This document shows, in pieces, positions 55,075-64,000 of a DNA stretch of 64,000 nucleotides. The notes under the pieces are model-generated. The model was not told the origin of the DNA. It made no database searches and saw only the letters and a program-made list of their open reading frames with translations. Numbering within the stretch: the first letter of the stretch is position 1; the number at the start of each line of letters is the position of its first letter. Position numbers and translations under genes: made by a program. Source of the stretch: the human T2T-CHM13v2.0 reference genome, Homo sapiens; assembly GCF_009914755.1 (NCBI RefSeq), contig NC_060942.1. The stretch is one strand, 5' to 3'.

Positions 55075-58000
55075 TGTGACTCTTCCATTATGGTCAAGGT
55101 GGAATAAGAAAAAAACAGATTTACTCTATTATCTGAAACAACTAACAAGCAGGACAAAATGTGTGAAATGAAGGCTTTCAAGAAACTGGACATCAGGCAA
55201 AAAGGCACCATTATCCCTGAGAGAACAGGTGAGAGAGGCAAGAAAGGCAATTTCTGTACTGCCCCAGCTCACTGCCTGGGGAGTTTCTAGGCTGTGCCAT
55301 AGGGAGGGGCACCCAGGTTAGATCCGTTCTCAGCAGCCAGACCTGAAACCTCATAATTCATGGGACATTGGGTAAGGTACTCAGGAGTGTCATGCCTTTG
55401 TAAAGGGTAATTTAACCCCAGACCAAATTCCGCTTAGACCCCATCTAGCAAAACTTAAGAGCGAGACCTGAAAGGGTCAACATGTTTTTAAGTAACTTAA
55501 TCATGTCTCAAAAGAAAGCACAAGATTTTTAGTAATACAAAAATATGCAGAACCTCCCCAACAAGATAAAATTCACGAAGTCTGGTAAACAAGCACAAAT
55601 TGTTGGACATGCAAAGATGCAGAAAAACACTATTCATAATGAAGAGAAAAATCCATCAATCACAATGGGCCCAGAAATGACCCATGATAAAATTAGTAGA
55701 CAACAACATTTAAACAGTGATTATGAATGTATTCCATATGTTCTGGAAGCTAGAGGAAAGATTGAACATGTTAACTACAAATGTGGAATTTTAAGAAGAT
55801 CTAAATGCAGTTTTCAGAGATGAAAGCTGTAATGTCAAGGACAAAAAAATACATTGATAGCATTAACAGTGGATCAACATCAGAAGAAAAATAAATGAAA
55901 TTTAAGAAATAGCAGCAGATGCTTTTCAAAATGAAAACATAGCAAAAAAAAAAAAAAAGAAGACTAAAAATAACTACCAAAGCATCAATGAACAAAGAAA
56001 CAACTGAAGAAGCCAATATATGTGTAATTGGACTCTCCAAAGTGGGAGGGAAAGAAAAAAAAAACTAAATAAACAATGTCTGAAAATTTTCAATATATAA
56101 TTAAAACTAAACCCACAGATCAGTATCCGTTATAATGAAATTGCTTAAAACAGTGAAAGAGAGAAAATCTTTAGAGCAGCTGCAGGGCAGAGAGAGCACG
56201 TGAAATACCAAGCAGCAAAAATAAGAATGACAAGCAAATTTCTCATTGGGAACAATACAAGTGAGAAGAGAGTGTAGCAACATCCTTAAAGTAATGAAAG
56301 GAAAAAAAAAACTCCTCTTTTAATCTAGAATTTATTATTGAAACTCTATAATAAATCTTTGTGAAAATATCTTTGAAACACGAAGTGAAATAAAAACTTT
56401 TTTTTTCAGATATCCAAAATCTGAAAGAAGTTTTCACTGGTAAAGATTGTCTGCTTGGCCAAACTTTAGACAGACTTCTGAATCTTCTCCTAGGCACATC
56501 TGTGAACTTCCTTGTAAAATACAGTTTTAGCAAAGAACCTGTCTAATTAAGTTTGACAAGAACTCCCACCTTTGATATCTGATCACAGTCAATATCTGAT
56601 CAAGTTTCTGATCCTCCACCATCTCCCGAGGAATGTATAAAATAACCCTAGCCTGTCTTTAGCAAGAATCCTGTTAGGTCAATCCTGTTAGCCAGAATTC
56701 TCCTTACGCCTGATGTTTCCTCTCAGTAATTTGCTAGCCATTGGTCCTCACCCTGCTCCTTGACTGTAAATTGCTGCTTTCCCATGTTGTATTTGGAGAT
56801 GATCACAGTCTCTCTCTTCTTGCAAGACCTTGTTGCAGTGGTCTCTATACCCATCACAGTGGTCCCAAGTAAAGTCTTTCTTACTATGCTTTCACAAGTG
56901 TCACTGGAAAATATTTTCTTTAACATCACACTATATGAGTTTTTAAAGAAATTTCTTCCAACAAAAATAAAATGATACAGCATGCAAATCTAGATCTATA
57001 GAAAAGAATAAAGATTTTTTTATAGATCTAGGTCTATATTATCTATAACTATACTGATAAATATTAAAACTTAAAATTATTTAAACTCAATAAAAGACAA
57101 TGGTCTGTTTAAAGTAAAAATCATAACAATACATTTTGTGGTTTATGCCATATATAAAAGAAAAATGTATAACCACAATAGTACACAAGCCAAAAGATGA
57201 GAAAAGGAACTATACTACTATAAATTTCTTATACTATAAATAAAATAGTATAATATAATTTGGAGGTTAGCTGGGATCAATTAAGATGTATACTATAAGC
57301 CCAAAGGTAATGACTAAAATAATACAACAAAGAATTATGCTAAATGAACAAAAAAGATAAAATTATAAAGAAATATATGATTGAACCAAAGAAGGACAAA
57401 AAGTAAAAGGGAAAAAGGAACTATGGAACAAATTAAAAACAAATAAGATATTAGAGATAGTACATATAAGTTCAAATGGATCAATAATTACACCAAATGT
57501 AAATGATCTAAATATCCCAACTGAGTTGCAGAATTGGTCAGATTACATTAAAAAGTAAGACCCAACTATATACTGTTTTGAAGAAACCCGCTTTAAATAT
57601 AAAGACAGAAAAGTTTAAAAGTAAAACGATGAAAAATGAGAGACTACACACAAAATATACACTAAAGAGAAGAAAGTTGGAGTGGCTATTTTAATAGTAG
57701 ATAAAGTAGATTTCGGGGTGAAGGATATCTCAAAGGAAAAAGGGAATCATTAGTTATTGATAAGCAGGTCAGTTCCTCAAAATACGATAAAAATCATAAA
57801 ATGTATGTATTTAGTAAGAATGTCAAAAATTGTGAAGCAAAAACTGACAATTTTCAGGACAAATAGACATATCAACAATAAGAGTAGATTAAGCTGCTCT
57901 CTTTCAAAAAGTTCCAGGAAAAAAGACTTCAGCAATTATATAAAGGGCTTGAACAATACTATTTACCAACTTACCAAATCAATATTTATATACTACTCCA

Positions 58001-59080
58001 CCAACCACAATAAAACACATTTTTTTTTTCAAATGTGCACTGATAATTTACCAATGTAGGCCACATTCTTGAACACAGTCTCAAGTAATTTTTAAAAATT
58101 CAGTTCCTATAAGATATATTGTCTTATCACAATGTTATTAACTTCAAGATCAAATATAGAAAAATATTTGGATTATATCCATACATTTGAGAACTAAATA
58201 GGATACTTATCCATAACTTATGAGTCAATTAAGAACTCCAAGATAAATTAAAAAGTATTGTGAAATAAAGGAAAATGGATATTTAATATTTTAAAACTCA
58301 TTGAATGCAACTAAAGAAAAATGTATGACCACATGCTTCTGAAGCTTCAATTGCAACTAAAACATTATTTAGAGAAAAATGTCCAGTACTAAACACTTAT
58401 ACTAGGACAAAGATATGCCAGTCAATTCAGATTCTACCCTACAATATTAAATATGGAAGAGCAAATGACACCCAAAGTAAGCAAAAGAAAGGAAACAATA
58501 AACAACAACAACAAAAGTAGAAAATAGAGAAAAAATGGTGAAACCAAAGCCAGTTCTGTGAGAAAGTCAATAAAATTAATAAACCTCTAGCTAGGGTGAT
58601 CAGAAAAAAAAGATAAAAGACACAAACTACCAATATCAGGAGACACTGGTTATGTGATTTGGGCATTTTACTCTATGGCCTTTAGCTTAGAGAAATGAAC
58701 GTGCTAGGTACACACAAAGACTGTCCATGCATACTTACAGCAGGTTTATTTGAAATAACCACTGGAAATAAACCAAGTGTCCATCGACAGATTGGTGGAT
58801 AAACACATTATATCAATTCAAGAAAATAAAGCGAGATCAAAAAGAGTGCAGATTGTATAATTTCATCTATAAAATTCTAGTAGAATATACAGACTAATCA
58901 ATGGTTAGCAAATACGGGTAAAGGGATGCAAGGCAGTGTGCAGGGAGGGAGGACTCACAATGGTCCAAGAAGACATTTGTGGGGTGATGATGGATCTTAT
59001 TGCTATGATGGTTCTATGGGCGTAAATATATGTGGATTTTATTGTATGTATGCCAGTGACACCTCAATATACCTGATAAT
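55075..59080 (+). mobile_element. Old L1M (L1MC/MD-like): 5' UTR, ORF1, start of ORF2, large internal deletion, 3' UTR
   Basis: A-rich sense L1 composition. ORF1-like tatgtgtaattggactctcc, EN-like aagacccaactatatactg and ggagtggctattttaatagtagataaag. Jumps at about 58650-58690 to 3' motifs (aaaccaagtgtccatc, acctcaata). Confidence 0.8.
56438..56925 (+). mobile_element. MER31-like ERV1 solo LTR nested in L1M
   Basis: tggtaaagattgtctgcttggccaaactttag...ttttctttaaca. Perfect 4-bp TSD TCAC at 56434-56437 and 56926-56929. Confidence 0.88.
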
Positions 59081-59795
59081 ATGAAATATGTGACTTTTGA
59101 GTCCTAATTTTCTTTTCTAAGTTGGGAGAGAGGATTTAGTTGGATTTCAGAAAATGATGGGCAGTCCTGTATAGCTTTTGTTACCACATTCATTCTTTGT
59201 TATAGAATCTCCCTGGCAAAGAGTTGAACTTCTGCAGGCTCAGGTCCTGATCTCTTTAGGGTGGCTTTTATATTCACCCTTCACCTGAAAACTTCTTTTG
59301 CCCAAACTGTGAAAATGGTTTACTGATCAGATTAATTTCATTTCTTTTAAATTTGGCTGAAATATTTCTACCAGTTTGTTTTCTAGACAGTTGTTTTACC
59401 TTGTCCTACTACTTTGCCTTTTACTTATGGAGGAGAATTTATTGTTAGTTTCCACTGTTTTATTCTCTTCCTCCCTTGACCCCTTCTTTTCTTCTCTGTG
59501 CCCCTTTTCCTGCCTTAAATTTCTACTTCCTTTTTTCTATAGAATATACCTATATACCTTTTTATTTATTTCAATTTGGCTATAGCTTTTTATTTTTATT
59601 GTTAGCTCTTCAAAAAGCTTTTTTCAAAAATAATATTTGAAAACATCAATTTGTCATTAACCAGGTATGTCTTATGTGTGTATTTTTTTTTCATATCAGC
59701 ACTCTCTTCAGAATTGATGCCTAAAAATGGTCCCTTTTTAATTTTACCCCCTGCTGAAAAATATCATCTCTGTGGTTAAAAAATACTTTTGAGCA

Positions 59796-60141
59796 TGTTA
59801 TGGTTTGGCTGTGTCCCCACCCAAATCTCAACTTGACTTGTATCTCCCAGAATGCCCACATGTTGACCCAGGGGGAGGTAATTGAATCATGGGGACCAGT
59901 CTTTCACATGTTACTCTCGAGATAGTTAACAAGTCTCAAAAAATCTGTTGGTTTTATCAGGGGTTTCCACTTTTGCTTCTTTCTCATTTGCTCTTGCCAC
60001 TGTCATGTAAGAAATGCCTTTTGCCTCCTGCCATGATTCTGAGGCCTCCTCAGTCATGTGGAACTGTAAGTCCAACTAAACCTCTTTTTCTTCCCAGTCT
60101 CAGGTATTTATTTATCAGCAGCATGAAAACAGACTAACACA
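59796..60141 (+). mobile_element. THE1A solo LTR
   Basis: tgttatggtttggctgtgtccccacccaaatctcaacttg...agactaacaca. Perfect TSD GAGCA at 59791-59795 and 60142-60146. Confidence 0.95.
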
Positions 60142-61504
60142 GAGCACATATATGCTTCATATATACACTCTTGTGAAGTAGAGATAACTAAGCTACAAGT
60201 GGGTGCTTCTTCTTTTGTCAAATATGCTGGGATTTTGGTTGGACAGTTTATTTTAAAATTCCCCTGCCATAGTCACTTTATATTTCAATTATCCCATCAT
60301 ACCCAGCATTCTGTATCTTCTTTATTGACATATGGAATTGAAGGATGTCATTGTCCATTTCTAATTTCTTATTTCTGATATATATGCATTTTTTTCTTAT
60401 TTTGAGTTATTACTACAAGGTTAAATAGCAGCTTATGTCTTTCCCCAAATAGATTTTTTTAAAAGAAATAATAAACATTTATTCTTGTAGCTTGAGTCAT
60501 ATTATTTATCCTGTGTATACAGATCATTATAAAAATGCCTCCCCAAGTTCTCTCCACAAAATTTATCATTATAATTTTCACAAAATGAAGTCCAACATGT
60601 ATATTTGCTGCCTTAGCCTTTAAGTTGATCCTGGTAATACATCAGTTTTGACTGGTTTCATGGCTGTTTGCTATTTGTTTTCCCTCTGCTTTTTATTTTC
60701 ACTTAAAAATTAAAAGAATGAATGGGCCCAGTAATGCAAACCATAAATTCTGGAGACGTTCTTAAGCCATGAAGTCCTTTTTGAACAAGTTTTTTTGACA
60801 AATCCTTGGACACTTGTTTCTGTTCTTGAGACTAGGGATATTTTCCCTTATATTTAGGAATGGTAATATCTACTGATAGTATTTTTCCTGGAATTCAGAT
60901 AGAATGGTCACATGATGTTTCTTCAGAAATAAAAAAGTTAATATTCATCTTCACATAAGTAAACAAAAAAACACCTTACATTTACTATGTAAATCCCAAT
61001 GGTAACTGCAAGAATGTATATATTATTAAAATATCTGAAAGAAAACAGAATGAGAGGAAAATAGCTTCTTGCCAATACATATTAAAGAGATTGAAGAATT
61101 GGAGATCAATGAAAATTCTTGGTGTCTAAATGCATAAGCTATCACTGAGATTCATCAGACACTAATTAGGTTGGTTCAGTAGAAGATGGATGTGATGGTC
61201 CATTCTGTCACTGCAGGAATAGGAGACCCAAAGGTCCTCAGGGAAGAGTGGGGCTACGCTGATCAACAGCCGCAGGCTGTGGTATCATGTGGTCTCTGAT
61301 AACTAAGGAACATCACGCTGTTGAAGATTTGGAGAGGGGCAGTGTATGCTTAATTAGGACAGTAGAACATTTAATTTGCAGTCATCTTATTTAATATAGA
61401 AATCTCTAAACTGGGAGTGACAATGACATGTTGTGAAGTCCCCTCTGCTTCTTGCGTGAATCTAGGGAAGTCTGTTAACATCAGTTTCCCCCACTCATAA
61501 AATG

Positions 61505-61552
61505 GTGCGTGTGTGTGTGTGTGTGCACATGTATGTGTGTATGTGTGTATGT
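61505..61552. repeat. (TG)n/(TATGTG)n microsatellite
   Basis: Read directly from the sequence. Confidence 0.85.
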
Positions 61553-62805
61553 TTCAATCAGGTTACAGGAAACCACCATAGACAGAAACCTGTTTGAACT
61601 CATGGTAGAAATAGAAAAGTTCAAGGGCATACAGTAACCTAGCTTCACCTCTCTATGCTTTGAAACCCGTTTGTGAAGTCATCCATGTATTCAATAAATA
61701 CTGAGTGGCCCACAATGTGCCTGGCATGGTGGACATAGATGTGAACATCACTGCCTTTGTAGATTTCATATACTTTCTCTTTGTTTCCCTTGCTATGAAG
61801 GATATGGACTTGCAGACAGGAAGACCTGAAACTGTTGCACTCATTTCTGTCATCCTCTTTTTCTAGCACAGTACACAAAACACATGTGTGAAATGCATGA
61901 ACTTATAAATGAACAAAAGTGAGAGCAACAGAGCATTGTCCCACCTTCTCCACTTGTCCTGACTCCTGAAGACTTTGAATCAATATAGGTTTTTCTTTTC
62001 TCTTTACTGCTTCTGCTCTTCCAGTTCCAGTTATGCTCCCTGAACACAGCCATACATAAACATGTTGTAAGAGGGTCTGTTGCTTTAAAAAGTAGGGACA
62101 AATTTTTTTTTCCAGAGCTGTTGTGTAGTCCCTTAACTCTCAGTGACTCTTATTTCCCTAGCCACCAATAGTGATTTGGTCTTTCCATGGTTTTTAATAT
62201 ATTTTTCCATCTCCCTGGAGCACTATGAGAATTACCTTCTTTTATGTCTGATTCTGTAAAAGGCACCTTCAAGGTCCAAGGAGGAAAAGTGCTGTGCATA
62301 ATACTAGTAATCTCATCATGATGCATCATAGGAATATTGTAAGGAATAATTGAACACTATCTGTGAAATATGGGACTCTCCTCAGAGGACAGGTGCTCTG
62401 TAGTTTTCTTCTGTGTAACTAAGCTTTCTGACTCATAAACAAAAAGTGTCTCCTATCCTACAGTCTCCTATCCTATCCTACAGTCGTTTTTTAAAATTTG
62501 CACATGTTATGTCTCTGGGCCTTGAAAGATAACTGCAATAAGAACAAAAGTAGGAAAACTTTTATTTAAATGCTAGTCAAATGAATTTTAGTTTCAGTTA
62601 TGTAGCAGAAAGCACGCTGATGTGGAAATTAGGGCTTACAGGCTATAATCTCCTTTCTGTGCCTGGATTGTTGTATCCCTTTAGAAGAGTGGTAGAACTA
62701 TATGAACAGGAAGAACATCTGGTGTGAAGCCATGATAAGAAGTAGACCTCCCTTCCCTTTCCCACCCTAAACTTTTTTGACTCTGGTTCCCCCCAACCCT
62801 CCCAT

Positions 62806-62915
62806 CTGGAGTTTCTTGGGACAGAGATCATGCTTGTTTTACATTTTTTTTTTCCTAGTTATAAGCATGGTGTCAGGCAAATGGTAGGCCCTCAATAAAC
62901 ATTTGTGAATGAATG
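62806..62915 (+). mobile_element. L2 3' end
   Basis: gggacagagatcatgcttgtttt...gtaggccctcaataaacatttgtgaatgaatg. Confidence 0.75.
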
Positions 62916-63429
62916 TCTTACAAAATATAAGCCATAATCAAGAGTTGGGTAACAATATTTAGATGCAGCAATTCCAAAGCTTGACATCAGAGACAGCACT
63001 TACTGTTCAAAGACGACTGAGAAGTTGATATCCTTAAGAGATTCTCTTGGGAAAGGAACAAAAACTGTCAGACTATGTCATATGGGCCAACTCTGAACAG
63101 ATGCTGTGCTGAGGGATTTGGGAAAGAGCCCCATGAATTACATTCTAAAATTAAGTGTGCAAGATTGTATGTATTTTTGGCTGACGAGTGGAAATGGTTT
63201 GGTAGAGTTGATCCTGCTGCTGTGTTTGAGTGAACCCAACTAGAAGCTGTCTGAGTCCTTAGCACGCAGAAGGTTGAGGGCCAAGGGAGCTTGGTACCAC
63301 CCTGCTCATCAGCGGGTTAACTGGAGTGCCGTTTCAAGATCATCTATAAAAGATCACTGCAACTTGGAGCCTGAACATAGTGTCCAGCATTGTTTTGGGA
63401 TCCCTTAGAAAGCAAAATGTTGACGTTTA

Positions 63430-63509
63430 TTAGGTTGGTGCCAAAGTAATTGTGGTTTTTGTCATTGAAAGTAATAGTAAAAACCATAATTACTTTGGCA
63501 CCAACCTAA
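63430..63509. mobile_element. Full-length 80-bp MADE1 (Hsmar1 MITE), miR-548-type hairpin
   Basis: Two 37-nt inverted arms around a 6-nt loop gaaagt. TA on the left flank; the right flank reads GA. Confidence 0.96.
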
Positions 63510-64000
63510 GAGGTAACATTAGATTAGGAAATAACGTTTTAGTCTTCTGGATGCAAACTCTAAGTAAGATTAAACAAAATAACAGCAAGTAAGACAAAAC
63601 AACAAAATAGATTTCACAGATGAGAATCTATATGCTTTTATTTCCAATTATATTTCTTATTTCTAAATTTCCTTCCTGTTCTAAGGGAATTATCATTGAA
63701 ATATTGTGATTGAAAGAAAGATTTGTTTGGAGAACATTTTTAGAAAATCCAAAAAGATTTTGGATTTTAAGAAATCCAAAACTGAGTGTTCTAGGCATAG
63801 TGCAAAGCATTTATGACAATAAAATATCTGGAGTAGAAGAAAGAACAAAAATCTGCTTGACAAGCATGTTTCGAAAAAGGAGGGATAAGTTCAGATATGA
63901 CTAGAAAAAGATGGCTTTAGTGTGTTCTTAAAGATAGATGCCTGGACTCCATCTTGAAAAGTTCTGAATCAGAAAGTCTGTCTTTTGTCTGTTCTTCTTT

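Overview
Repeat-rich, AT-rich non-coding DNA from a simian primate, human-like: it carries AluJ/AluS, THE1, MLT1/MLT2, L1PA/L1M, L2, MIR, MADE1, Tigger2 and MER115. I cannot name the locus or species. I found no credible protein-coding exon, CpG island, rRNA or tRNA gene, so this looks like a deep intron or intergenic region. The ORF track is explained by repeats and chance ORFs. Repeat subfamily calls come from my recollection of consensus sequences and need RepeatMasker/Dfam confirmation; target-site duplications (TSDs) were read directly from the sequence. Highlights: (1) a ~740-bp minus-strand retroposed chimera at 32076-32814, in which a 3'-truncated U1 snRNA is fused to ~580 nt of GC-rich foreign sequence and an A-tail inside one TSD, and whose U1 part lacks the U1-70K and U1A protein-binding loops; (2) a 6.2-kb L1PA with a twin-priming 5' inversion, a 14-bp TSD and a complete nested THE1D element; (3) 65 perfect (AAAGG) units expanded in an Alu tail, an RFC1-like architecture, next to an inverted Alu; (4) a full MADE1 (miR-548-type) hairpin with a compensatory change in both arms; (5) an intact ERV1 solo-LTR promoter with an OCT-SOX-like motif.
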